From Balamuthia mandrillaris (Eukaryota), in NCBI GenBank assembly GCA_031835245.2, contig JAVKOQ020000086.1, positions 124,001 through 186,804 of the forward strand: DNA of 62,804 nucleotides. Reading direction: 5' to 3'. A program made the translations under genes and the position numbers. Under the pieces are notes generated by a model. The model was not told the DNA's origin. It was given only the letters and a program-made list of their open reading frames with translations, and made no database searches. Shown here piece by piece: positions 48,179-60,836 of the stretch; within the stretch, counting starts at the first letter, position 1; each line of letters starts with the position of its first letter.

Positions 48179-51100
48179 AGAGCGTCATCGGTTGGTTGGA
48201 AAAATCGGTGATATTGTACAGAACGTGCTCATTGGAGACATGAAAGTAGTCGACTATCAGAAACCACTGACAGCATTGTTGGATTTATTGCTAACACTAT
48301 TGGATGAACGCATGCTGGAAGGATATCACTTTGATGCCGATCCGTTGGTATCTCGTGGTGTCACTTCGTTGCATTCGCGGCGCTGGCACTCGGATGAGAA
48401 AAACTTTATCGAGTTTGTTTACTTCTCGCCGATGCACAGAGCCTTTGAGCCTTTGGATTATATTGTACGGAAGATGGGCATATGTATACAAAGTGGATAT
48501 ACAGAAAAAATAGGTACATCTGCCTTACTCTTGTGTTGCAATCTCTTTTTCGTGGTAAATAACTATCTCTCATTGTTTAGCAATGGATTTGATACTGGGA
48601 GAAGAAAACGACAAGATAAAGAAAGGTGGAGCTGCTAGAAGACAGCAAAACGGGAGTAACACGAAGCAGCAACAAAGAAGAAAACGGCGCACGCCACAGC
48701 AAGATAAGAAACGGAAGCAGCAACTACAACAGGAAGAGAAGGAGAAAAAGGATCAACGTGACAAAACAAAGAAACAAAAAGAAATTAAAACATACATTGA
48801 ACATCTCCTTCGCACAGTTGTTCTTGATCGCACGCAGTCTGCTGTGGTGAGTTTTTATAACTTGTTCATTATCATTTTAAATGGTTTTTTTTAAAATTTG
48901 TCATTTATTTGGTTAACACACTTTGTCTTTGTGCGCACCAGAATCGAATACACAACGCCAACAAGCCCAGCGCCTCCAAACGAAAACGCGACAAACGCAA
49001 AAAGAAGAAACAGGAAGAGCAACAACGCAAGTGCAAGAGCCAACCTCACTCTCCCACCCAGAGTCCTCGCCAAACCGAGCGCAGCGCACGCAGCAACCTC
49101 TCCAGTCCTCGTAGGAACGAGACGGCCTCTACTACCATCATTACAGAACAACAGGGCGAGACTACGGAAAACAGACAAAAAGACACAACAGGCAATGACA
49201 TTGCAAACGAAGGTAACGCCAACAACAACGTTCGCAAAGATACCTCTGCTTCTACAGGCACGGAACGTCAACAACAACTGCTGATGAAAGTAAGCAGCAG
49301 AGGTCCTCGCTCCTCTCATTCACACTCACTTCCTGCGCCTTACTCTCGTCCTCCGAAGGGTATTAGCGAAGAGGACATGCGATCTTCGTCTTCCTCCTCC
49401 AGAAAAACACTATCCACCTCTGGCAACATGATTAACACGTCAGCCAATAATAGTTCTATCAACAAGAAAAAGAAGGCTCGGCCTGTGTCCCTTTCCCTCC
49501 CCTCCACACCTATTATCGCACAACAACATCACAGCTCAACACCTTCAAAACAGCAACACCATTCACTACTGCCCAAATTGCTACCAATGCAACGAGAAAG
49601 GACGATTCCTAGCCTCTCAGAACGCATTCCCTTGTTCACAGCACACAACAACAATAGCAACAACACAACCCAAACATGGGCATCTACTGTAGCAGCAGCT
49701 GCTGCCACAATGAACGGTGGAGGTTATACCAGCAGCAGTGATAGCAATGCCTACTACTCATACAGCGAGACTGACTCCGATGCCACTCTGAGCTCGGATG
49801 AGACGGACACAAATACCAGCAGCAGGGACTACTATTACTGGGGCGAGGAAGAAAGCGAGACCGATGACAGCGACTCGGGTTGGGAGCTGGCTGTAAGCCG
49901 TCGTCGCTCTTCCTCATCCTCCAGAAGAAGTTCCTCTGGTGCGCGCACTCCTGCTAACATTCACAACAATAGAAGCAGCAACACACACAACAATCGGCAC
50001 GACTCTCTAGCCAGAGGATGGGAGAGCGATGGAGCTCCTTACTATCGCAACAACAACTACAACAACAGCCTCAACAGGAAGGAAGAGAGTCTCTCATCAT
50101 CGGGAGGAGGGAGAAGTCCACTCTCTCGCTCCCGTGAGTGGGAGAGCAACGAGGCTTGGGAGTACGAAGAGGAGGAAGAGGAACTGGCGCATTGGGAAGC
50201 GTTCATGGGCAGTGGAGGTCTTTTGCCTTCTGCTCATCGCACTACTGCCAAATATTCTTCCTCTGCCTCTACTCCTTCAAATATCTACCAGAACAGAGAG
50301 CAAGGAGGCGGAAGGCAAGAGAGCGAAGCTGCTGGTAAACTTGCAGCCAATCGTTCGTTGAGCGGAAACTTTGCTTCTTCTCCCAAAGGTAAAACTCGTC
50401 TTCGTTCAGTCTCCAATGGGCCGGAGCAACTGGAGAGACCCTCCCCTGACTATTCCCTTTTTTCCTTGTCAACAACATCCTCACTTTCATGCCCTCCCTC
50501 TACTGCAACTTCTTCCTCTTCCTCTCCACGTACCATCCCCTCGCGTGAGTCATTGGACTCGTTCTCCAACACAACACCAACAACATTTATTCCCTTTGGC
50601 GACTTTGTTGCCTCAGCCAACAACAAATCGCCACAAACGTCAGTGGTGATATTCTCTCAGAGTACTAACAGTACGGCAACGAGTAAAAACTATGCCGAGG
50701 AGAGCAAACAGCCACAACACAGAGCAATGTCAGCAGGAAACATACGAGTTAACCTGGCATCGAGAGCTGATAGTCATCACCCTACGTCTACCTCTGCCGG
50801 TTCCGCCTCTACCACAAGACGACGCAAACGTACTCGCACAAGAGCACGTTCCCAACCACCCAACAAAGAGCTGTCCATCAGCGAGATCAATAACGCCATC
50901 TCCTCTTCCTATAATAACAATAACACCAATACAAACCCTATACCACCGCGAACCTCCCGAACCACTCCAGCCTCCCCTTCTCCCACTCCACCTACTTCTC
51001 CTACCACCACGCGAGCTGCTTTGACAGCTGCATTGCTAGCACAAGCTTCTTCTGCAGCTGCTGCTGTGGCCTCTTCTTCCTCTCCTGCACCCTCACTGCT

Positions 51101-54100
51101 TACATCTTCATCCTCATCTACACCCTCTCTTGCTCATACTAAACAGCCTAGTTCTACATCTTCTTCCCCTGTTTCTCTATCTCCTACGTCCTCTTCTTCA
51201 TCCTTGTTGTCCTCCTCTCCGCCTTCCTCTGCCACCATGATGATCATGCATTCTTCGGGCAACCTAACATCGTCGGCTGAGGGAGGTACATCGACAAGCA
51301 GCGTGCCTTCCTCGGCAGAATACCAACAGACCACCAATACCACCAATGCTCCTTCCACCAACCCTACTACGTCTGCTTCCACAAGAACCTCTCCTCTTCG
51401 CCCTTCTGTGACCAAGAAACGCCTTCTTCTCTCCTCCAACTCAACTCCATTCTTCCCCAGCATGGTAAAGTCGCATTCTGTCTTGTTTGTTTGTTTGTTT
51501 GTTTGTTTGTTTGTTTGTTTGTTTGTTTGTTTGTTTGTTTGTTTGTTTGTTTGTTTGTTTGTTTGTTTGTTTGTTTGTTTGTTTGTTTGTTTGTTTGTTT
51601 GTTTGTTTTGTGTTTATTGCTTGCTCAATTCTCTATCTTTTTAAAAAATACAGCGGGCATGCACTGAAAGTGACAGATACTTTCCCGAACTTCAACTGGC
51701 CTCCTCCGCGTTACCTCGTGTCAGTAATCGTGTGGAGCTCCTTCCCTACGAAGACGGTGGGGCCATGCACACCAACTACCTACGCTCATACGATGACGTG
51801 GCCGATGTTCCTCCAACCATGGCACATCATCAGGGACTAACAACCATGCTTCATAGGGGAGCAGCAGCAACCATAGATGCAGGTGGCGGTGTCATGATGA
51901 TGGGAGATCATGCTCTCAATCTTATGCCTCATGCTGCCCTCCTCGACAACCGGCGACGGCGACGATCATCTACTTCTTCTACCACATCTCCTTCCACCAC
52001 ATTGCTCTCTTCCATCGACCCTGCTGGTTCCAAGAGCAATAGTTGCTTTGGTCGGTTGCAACAACGCTCCAAACGGTCGTTGTCATCCTCTCCGGCTTTC
52101 ACTTCTGGTTCCACCTCTGCTTCTTCATCATCTACAGCTTCGTCATCATCATCCACTTCTTCTCCGTCTCCAGCAGGATATCCTCCCAGCGCAATGGATT
52201 ATCACGTGCAACACTGGCAAATGCGACTGCAAATGCAAGAAGAGCGAGAACGAAGACAACGCGCTTTGGGCAGAGGTGAGAAGGTGGGTCCGAAGAGCCG
52301 TGTGTGGCGTGGATCCGGTCCTCCTCCGCCTCATCCATTATTACCTCCTCTTTCTCGTTCCTCTATTGCTTCGTCATCTTCTCGCAATCATGTTGCCTCT
52401 TCCTCCTCCACCCCGACTTCGTTTACTTCTAGTACAACTGGTGGAACTTGGAACAACAACAAAGCGGCGAGTAATACTGATGGAAACAGACCTTCACCTT
52501 CCTCTCACCGCTTTCAGTCATATCCCGGTGGTACTGCTACCAGTAATATAGAGTCTCACGAGTCGCGTTACTCTCGCGTCAGCCATCTGTTGACACAGTC
52601 ACTCTCCGACGTGGAACGCGTGCTCTTCCTCCACAAGGAAATAGAGGACTATGTCAACTACACCATTCGCTTAGTGCAAGCCCGCAAGACAGAGCAGGAG
52701 GAGATGATTCAGAAGATGAGAGCCATCGTATACTCCCTTTGGCCCTATCCTGCCGCCAGAGTGGAGTGCTATGGCTCCTTTGCTACAGGCCTAGCTATTC
52801 CTTCCAGTGACCTAGATATGGTCGTGCTGCTTAGTGCTGCTGCAGCTGAACCCATGTTGACGCCTCGCAGCCCTACTACCACGTATAATTCTTTTCCTTC
52901 TCTCTCTCTCCCTCTCTCTCTCTCTCTCCCTCTCTCTTTCTCTCCCTCGCTGGTGTTGCTCTTCTCTTGCTTACCACAAAAAAAAACAGAGGTGATATTT
53001 TAAAAAGAGGATGGAGCCCGATGAAGCGACTTGCAGAAGAGCTGAAAAAACAAGTTTGGTTACATTCACTTCAAATGATCGAGACAGCAAAGGTTTGCTA
53101 TCCGTCTCCTTCATCTTTGCGTCATTCTGTACCTTCCGTTTCGCTAATTACGCACCATCAATAACGAAAACAAGGTGCCGGTGCTGAAAGTGGTCAGCGT
53201 CATTCGAGAAGAACATATCCTCATCGACATCACGTTCAGCATTGATGATCTCCCTACCGAAGGTTGCTCCATGGAAGCATCTGCAGCAGGGGCATCATCG
53301 CCTACAACTTCCAACAACACTTCCTCTCCTCCATTTGGAGCTGGTCCTCATTGGGAAGCCAGTTTTACAGCCAGGTTAACTTCCTTCATGTTTATTATCA
53401 TTTGCTCTTCTATTTTAACACCTGTCTTTTCTTTTTTATCTCTCTTTGTCACTATTTTGTTCTCTCTTATAGTGGCAGACAAGCAGAGTATGGAGTGCTA
53501 ACGAACAGTTCTCCCAACGAACATAGCGGAGTGGCCGCCTCCAAGTTGGTGCGCAGTTACGTGCGCAGCCTTCCTGCTCTCACTCCGTTGGCCCTTGTCC
53601 TCAAGCAACTTCTTCACGACAAAGGTCTCAACAACACCTATACGGGAGGGATCTCATCTTACTGTTTAGTCCTCATGATTGTAGCTTATCTGCGTTTCTC
53701 CAATGTACCTTACGTGGATCATCAACATTCTTCTGTTTCTTCTTCGCAACAAGACAACGAAAGTGCTGGAATGAAGCGAAATAGAAGAAGAGCAAGCCCG
53801 GAAAGAACTTCTTCTGTTAGGAGGGCGCGTTCTCAAACTTCCTTTTCTGGAGAGGGAGAAGAGAGGGAAGAAGAAAATGGGAGAAGGGGAGGAGCACACG
53901 AGGAAGATACGTTTTGGTCGCCCACTTCAACCGATTTGAGAGAGGAAGATGAGAACTTGGGAGCTACGCTGTTAGGCTTTCTCAGGTTTTTCGGATTGTG
54001 GTTCGATTTTGATCGCATGGGCATCACTTTGCAGAACGGAGGGTGCGTTTCTATTGTTCTTTTCTTGTTCTTTTTTTTTTTGTCCTTGTTCTCTTTATCG

Positions 54101-54747
54101 TCTCCATGTTCATTTTTCTTGCACTTACAAAACACAATCACACAAAAAACAGGGCATATTTTTACCTTGCAGAACCCTCCAACACTCTCGTGATAGCAGA
54201 CCCCTTCAATCCACAACGCAACATTGGGCACAGTGTCTTTGGCATGTGGCGCGTCAAGGCGGCCTTTCGCCACGCCTTCTTTGCCCTGACCTCTCCTTAC
54301 ACCTACACTCACGCTCCTACCCTCCTCTCCCGCGTGTTGCAGCCTTCCCCGCCAAAACCGCCCTCTATTCCTTCCCCGCTTAACAGTGCCACGATGGGTG
54401 CGTCGCCGCTGGGTTCTTCCTCGTTTTCACTTGCAGGCAATCGGCAGAGAAGCTCTCGTTTGTCTAATTCTTCTTCATCTTCTTCAACTTCGTCAACATC
54501 TCCAAGCGCCACACTTTCACCTTCGTCACCATCAACAACAGTTTCTGCCCCTCCTGCTTCAAGTACCACTCCTAGCAACAACACAACAACCTCAGTATCA
54601 ACATCTACTTCGGCATCAACAACGCCCACGAGACCGCATCGAAGCATACGATCCACATTGCTTCCAAATCCAAGAAGGACGGTGTTGGTGCCACCTCCTT
54701 GGGCTCCTACTCATGCTGCATACTTGCATCTTGAATTTGGCCCGTAA
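46723..54747 (+). CDS. Trf4/TENT4-like non-canonical poly(A) polymerase with large plant MEE44-like N-terminal region, multi-exon
   Basis: YGSFATGLAIPSSDLDMVV, AKVPVLK, IDITF, LKQLLHDKGLNNTYTGGISSY, NLGATLLGFLRFFG, IADPFNPQRNIG. N-terminal AICKWF..QR..D..LKQM region. Continuity of the whole span as one gene is inferred. Confidence 0.82.
51484..51608. repeat. (GTTT)n microsatellite, intronic
   Basis: Directly visible tandem tetranucleotide repeat. Confidence 0.95.
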
Positions 54748-54817
54748 TAACTTTTTTGTCTAAAACAATCATATTGGTGCGTTCTTTTCTTCTTTTCTCC
54801 TCATGGTTCTCCTCTCC

Positions 54818-54848
<31 letters not shown>

Positions 54849-55053
54849 TCTCTCTCTCTTCTCTTTCTTCTCTCTCTATCTTTCAGCAATCCTGCAATGC
54901 TTTAGCAGCAGTTCTTCAAAAAGCTCCTTATAATTTAAGGCGGTTAATTTTAAAAACTATCCGCACCGATTTTAATTTTTCTCTTTTGTTCCCCCGATAC
55001 AAACAAACAGAACGTACGCAAGGAACACACACACCAAACACACAACCACCAAG

Positions 55054-56299
55054 ATGTCTGCGGACTACGATAAGTTGTCGGAGGTATGCTCTAAGAACTA
55101 CAAGGAACAGGCCATCTGGTTCTTGAACGCCTTTTGGGATGAGTTCTCTGGCGAGGCGGAGAAGATTTGGGGTTTTGTGCATACCATGGCCGAGCTGGAC
55201 CACCAGAAGAAGGCCGAGGGCAGCGCCTTGGACGAGCTGCAAGCGCACCGCTTCTTGGAGAAATACAACGAGACCCTCACTGTACAGTCCATGCGTGACA
55301 AGCTTCGCTCTACCGGCGCCATTACCACTTCTGTACTTTCCTCTCTTTTATTTTTCTCTCTCTTGTATTTTCTCCCTCTTGTTATTTCCTTTCTCTCTCT
55401 CTCTTGTGTGGCTCTCTTTCTTTTCTCTCTCTCTCTCTCTCTTTTCGCTTGTCCTTGTTTTTTTTTTTTTGTTTACTCTCCTCTCGCTTTCTTTCTTTCT
55501 CTCTCTCTCTCTCTCTCTGTTTCTCTGTTTATATGTTAGGGTCTTAACTCACTCCTGTTTACAGGTCAAGTTGGTGCCCCTGCTCCACATCCTCATCTTC
55601 AAGTACAACGTAGACTGGCACTTCATGGTGAACGCCCCTCAGGGTAACAAGGACGAAATCGCCAAGGCCCAAGCCATGTTGGACGAGGTGCAGGCCGCCT
55701 TCTTCGCCTCCGAGGCCCGCGCTGAGGAGTCCCGCCAGGCCTATCAAGCCGCTGCTGCGCGCGAGCGCGAGGCTAAGCAAAAGGAGCAAGAAGCGCGTGA
55801 GCAGGAAGCCCCCTTCAAGGCCGCTCAGGAGGAGGTCGACGCCGCCCTGGCCGAGGTGAACTCCCAGGAGGAGAGCCGCCGCTTGCGCACGGAGGAGCTC
55901 GAGCGGAAGAGCAAAGAGGGAGGCGTGGTGCAGCAGAACAAGGCCAAAGCTGAGTTGGCGCAGCATCTCGCGGAGGACCCCCTGCCTCTGCGCAAGGCCA
56001 AGATCACTCTGGAGGCTGCCCTGAAGAAGGCAGAGAAGGCCAGGGCCCCCTTCGAAGCCGCCACCAAGCAGGCGGAGCAGGCCCGCGCCGCAGCGGAGGA
56101 GGCCGCCAGAGAAGCGGAGAGGGCCAAGGCCGCAGCGGAGGAGGCCCTTGCCGAGGCCACCAGGAGGCTGGAGGAGGCGGAGGCTTACTTGGAGGAGGCC
56201 AAGAACAGGCTGCCCCAGGGACAGATCTGGTGGTTGGACAGGGAGCTGCAGGAGCGCAGAAAGTACTTGCCCAAGGCCAAGGGAGGTATCGACAAGTAA
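55054..56299 (+). CDS. ABP34-family (34-kDa actin-bundling / TolA-like amoebal) protein, 2 exons
   Basis: EQAIWFLNAFW at the N-terminus and GQIWWLDRELQERRKYLP at the C-terminus resemble Dictyostelium ABP34 motifs, with a coiled coil between. Phase-0 intron 55333-55564. Confidence 0.82.
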
Positions 56300-56940
56300 A
56301 AAAAAAACACAACCAAAACTGCGAGAAAAAAGAATGCAGGATTCGCCTTTCTTCTTTCTCTTCTTCGTTGGTTCTTCCCCCTTTCAATCATTTTCCCTAT
56401 GATAAAAAAATATGTAATCTAGATGATTGTTTGATTTACGATTGGACCCCCGGAAATTTATGGTCAAATGAACCGATATCTCGTGTCGTCATGAGCATTC
56501 CTACAGGACGACGTGATGGAATATCATCGTTTTCATGCATCGCCCAAAAAAAAAAAAGCCCCCTCCAATTTCGAAGCAGCAACAAAGAAAAGAAAAGAAA
56601 AGAAAAATAGAGGAGAGGGGTGGGGTTCACTACTACTTTTTTTTTTGTCAGCGCCGGCGTTCGTTCCAACGGGTCCAACCTTCGGCCAAGAAACAACCTC
56701 CCCTCCCTCCGCTCGCTTCTTCTGAAAGACACACAAAAAAAAGGTACCGACTGTTATTTTTATGTATGTGGTGTTTTTTAAATGAAGGGAGGAGAAGGGA
56801 AGAGCTTTAATTATTGTTATGAAAGTTAAGTTTTTTTTTTGGTGTTTGGCCGCACTGAAATACTCATTCATTTTGTTGTATTTTTTTTTATATATATAAC
56901 GGTTCCCCGTTGTCTTCCTCTTCTTCGCTGTTTTCTCGCA

Positions 56941-57098
56941 AAGAAGAAGAAGAAGAAGAAGAAGAAGAAGAAGAAGAACAACAAGAAGAAGAAGAAGAAG
57001 AACAAGAAGAAGAAGAAGAAGAAGAAGAAGAAGAAGAAGAAGAAGAACAAGAAGAAGAACAAGAAGAAGAACAAGAAGAAGAACAAGAAGAACAAGAA
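56941..57098. repeat. (GAA)n/(GAACAA) microsatellite
   Basis: Directly visible repeat upstream of the kinase ATG. Confidence 0.93.
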
Positions 57099-57183
57099 GG
57101 AAAGATTTGTTTTATTGTATTTTTTGATTTTTGGGTTTCGCCAAACGAACAGACGACTATATTAAAAAAACTATATAGAAAAG

Positions 57184-57341
57184 ATGGATGAAGAGGCCAT
57201 GGAGCGCATGTGGGCGGAGCAGCAGAAAAAGTTCGTGCAGGACAACCCTCACCTCCAACAGGAACAAAACGACGACAGCGAGAGCGGCGCTCCTTCCGGT
57301 TTGTTTGCGTTTTTGTTTTTTTCGTTTGGCTTTTTATTTGT

Positions 57342-57373
<32 letters not shown>

Positions 57374-60300
57374 TTGTATGGGGTCATTCTTTTTGCGACT
57401 GTCGTTGTCTTTACTTTCTTTCTCTGATTCTTTTTCATTTTATTTTTTTAATTTTTCCTTTATATTATATTCACTTTTTATTTTCGGTCTTCATGACAAT
57501 AAAGTCGAAGAGGACGACGAAGCCGAACGCTTCTTCCAAGAGCAACAAAAGAAGATCGCCCAAGAGAACGGCCACCTCACGGCTGAAAATGACGAAGGAG
57601 GAGGCGAAGGAGAAGAGGATGAAGAAGAGTTAGACGAGGCAGAGATCATGTGGCGACAAATGCAGGAACGGCTGATGAAAGAGCAGGGCGAGTTGGAGCA
57701 GCTGGAGGAGCTTCGTCAGAAGAACAAGCAAGAGGCGGAGGAGGCCGGCCTGAGCTCTGCCGAAGGCCCCGGTGTGGACGAGGGCCTCCTCTTTGGAGAT
57801 GACCTCTGCCAGGTCAAGTACGAGGACCTGCTCTTTGACGAGCGGTCGGTGGTGGGCGCCGGCAACTTTGGACGTATCTTCAAGGGAGAGTACTTGGGCA
57901 CGGAGGTGGCCATCAAGAAGTTCTTGATGGACAGCGGCAACCCGGAGGAGGATCGCAAGTACTTGGCTCGTGAAGTGGCCAGTCTTAGGTTCGTAGTTTT
58001 GTTTTTCTTGTCCTTGTTCTCGTCCCTCCTTTTTCTTAATCGTCGAACACACAGAGAGATTCGACATCCAAACGTGGTGCAGTTCCTTGGCCTCTGCGAG
58101 CACGAGTCAGGCTTCTACATCATCACAGAGTGGATCCCGAATGGCGATCTGACACATGAGCTCCGTCGAGACAAGTTCATTTCTTGGCGGCAACGCACCC
58201 TCTGGGCCAAAGATACTGCCGCTGCCATGGCCTATCTTCACGCCCACAACATCATTCACAGGTCTATTTCTTGTCTAGAACTTCTTTTCTCCTCTCATTC
58301 TCTTACGCTTCTTTCTCTTCTGTCTTCTTTCTATGAACAGAGATTTGAAGGCGGAAAACCTTCTGCTAACGGACAATGGACGGATTAAAGTGTGTGACTT
58401 AGGCTTTTGCCGTCGTACCAAGAAGTTGACTCGCCAAATGTCCATTGCCGGCACATCGCTTTACATGGCCCCTGAGGTCATGATAGGAGCCAACTATGAC
58501 GAGAAATGTGATGTATTTTGGTACGCTTTCTACTTTCCTTCTCTTTTCTTTGCACTTTCATTTTCTTCTTCCTACATGTTCTTTGGGTCTTTGTATTGAC
58601 TGCTTCTCTTTTCTCCTTTCTATTTAAGTTTCGGAATTGTAATCTTTGAGTTGATAGTGCGTCGCCCTCCGCCCGAACGAAAAATAAGCACTCGCTTTGC
58701 TTTTCCAGAGGGCGAGTTGGAGAGTTTAATGCCTAGCGACTGTACGTTCTTCTCTCTTCTCTTCTTTCTTTCTTTCTTTCTTTCTTTCATAACAACAACA
58801 AAACAGGTCCACCTAGCTTCAAGAAGTTGTGTTTAGATTGTGTAAAAGAGGATCCACAGAGCAGACCGACCTTCAGCATGATCCTTCAACGTCTTCGTAC
58901 TCTCCTCTTCGAACTTCCAGCTGAAGAGGAACCAAAACCAGGAACATGGGTTTCAAAACCCAAACCATCATTGAAAGACGTTGCTGCTGTTTTCGAGGGC
59001 AAAAGTTCTGCTTCGTCATCGCCATCCTCTTCTTCCACTTCTTCATCTTCAAAGAAAGAAATGGTTTCACAACTGCCACCGATCGAGTTGAGTGCTGTAA
59101 AGGACAAAGTAGAGGATGGAAGCGGAGGAGGCAAAGAAAAAAAGAAAGGCAGCAGCAAAAAGGAAAAGAAAGAGTTGCAGAAACAAGAGAAAGACAAGGA
59201 AAAAGAAAAAGATAAGGAAAAGAAAGGGAAGAAGGGCTTCTTTGAAGCAGCTGAACGAGGGTTGAAGCAGCTGAAGAGCCCGAGATCAAGGGGTGGCGGT
59301 AGCGGCAAAGAATCTTCCAAGAATCAAGAAAAAGGAGGCGGAAGAATTAAACCAGAAACACACGTACCACTTTTACATCTTGATATTCTTTATCGTTTGT
59401 TTTGTTTATGTTTAAGTGTCGGTTTTCAAAGTTTGAAGTTCTTCTGCTAACTTTCCTGTAAAACAAAAAAGCGAAAGGGAAGTTTGGACACAACGAAGAC
59501 CGCTCCTCGTTCAGCGCGTGAGCCCAAGTTAGCCCGACCAAAGCTTCCTAGAACATCTTCCTTCCAAAATAACCAGCAAAACATCGAAAATTCCTCTTCG
59601 TCTTCAAAGAAGAAAGCACGACAGGAGAAGATGATAGAGAAAGAGGTCGAGAAGGAAGTGCAGAGAAGATTGGAAGAGGAGAAACGGAGACTGAGAGAGG
59701 AGTTCAAGAAGATGTTGGAAATGGAGAAGAGCAAACTGGCTCAGTCCATGGCTGTTTCGTTTCCCGATCTTGACATTCCTGGGTACGATCCTGCCGCTAC
59801 TCTCAATGGTAACTCAGGTAATCTTTTTTCTCTTTTGTTGTAGTTTGTTTATTGTTTGTTTTTATCTTTTCGTATTATTATGAAGTTTTCGTTTAGTATT
59901 CTTTTCTTCCTTTTCAGAATGCCTAACACAAAGTCTTTAAAGAACTTAAAGGTTCAGGCAGACGAGCAAGTCTGGCCATCACCAATCCAGGTCGTTACAG
60001 AAGCTCGTCTCACAACGTTTCGACCACCAGCAAGGAAATCAGCAGCAACAAAGCTGCCTCCACTTCCGACACGGAGGACGACGGCAGTACTGAACGTAGG
60101 CTTTCTTGGGGTCCTTCTAAAGGCAAACAATTAGGTTTCTTTTTGTTTTGCCTTTATTTTCTGTTTTCTTTTTCATTCTCTCTCCCTTTCTCCCTTCTCT
60201 TCTCTCGTTTTTGTTTTCTTTCTGTTATTTTTCAAAAACAACACGAATAAGGGACTGATAATATTTCTAATAGTAACGCTAAGCGGAAAGCTTAAGACGC

Positions 60301-60614
60301 ACACCACCAAGAAAAAGAAGAGAAGGAACAGGAGGAAGAAGTCTCACGAAAAGGTGAGCAAGTCCATGGACGATCTCGCTAACTACGTCGTCTCTCCTCG
60401 TGAAGGCAAGAAAGCGGCGTCAACCAACAGCGCAGAGGAAATACAACAACAAAACGAACAAAATAACAGCAACGAGAAGGAAGAGAAAGAAAAGAAAGGA
60501 CGGCGCACACCAAGAACTCCTCGCGCCGGAACTGCCAGCAGCAGCAAAGACCAACAACTGAGCCCAAAAGCATCACCATCTCCTGAAATGGAAAGCAACA
60601 ACAACGAGAGCTAG
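57184..60614 (+). CDS. Tyrosine kinase-like (TKL) protein kinase with long charged C-terminal tail, multi-exon
   Basis: GAGNFG, VAIKK, HPNVVQFLG, IIHR|DLKAENLL, KVCDLG, AGTSLYMAPE, DVF, RPTF. 3' exons are approximate. Confidence 0.85.
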
Positions 60615-60836
60615 TGAAAACGGAGCGAAACAAAAAAAAAAATGGTGACTTGCACTTCAGCTTCACTTTGGTACTTTTACTTTTATTACTATTATTATTA
60701 CTTGAAACGTTCGTTTATTTCTTTTTTATTATTGTAAATGCTCACCAACAACAACAAAAAAAATAAATAAGAAATAGTTGCCTCTGTTGTTTCTTTTCTA
60801 TTCCTCTTGGTTTTTGTTAAAGGAGGCTTTCTTTTG

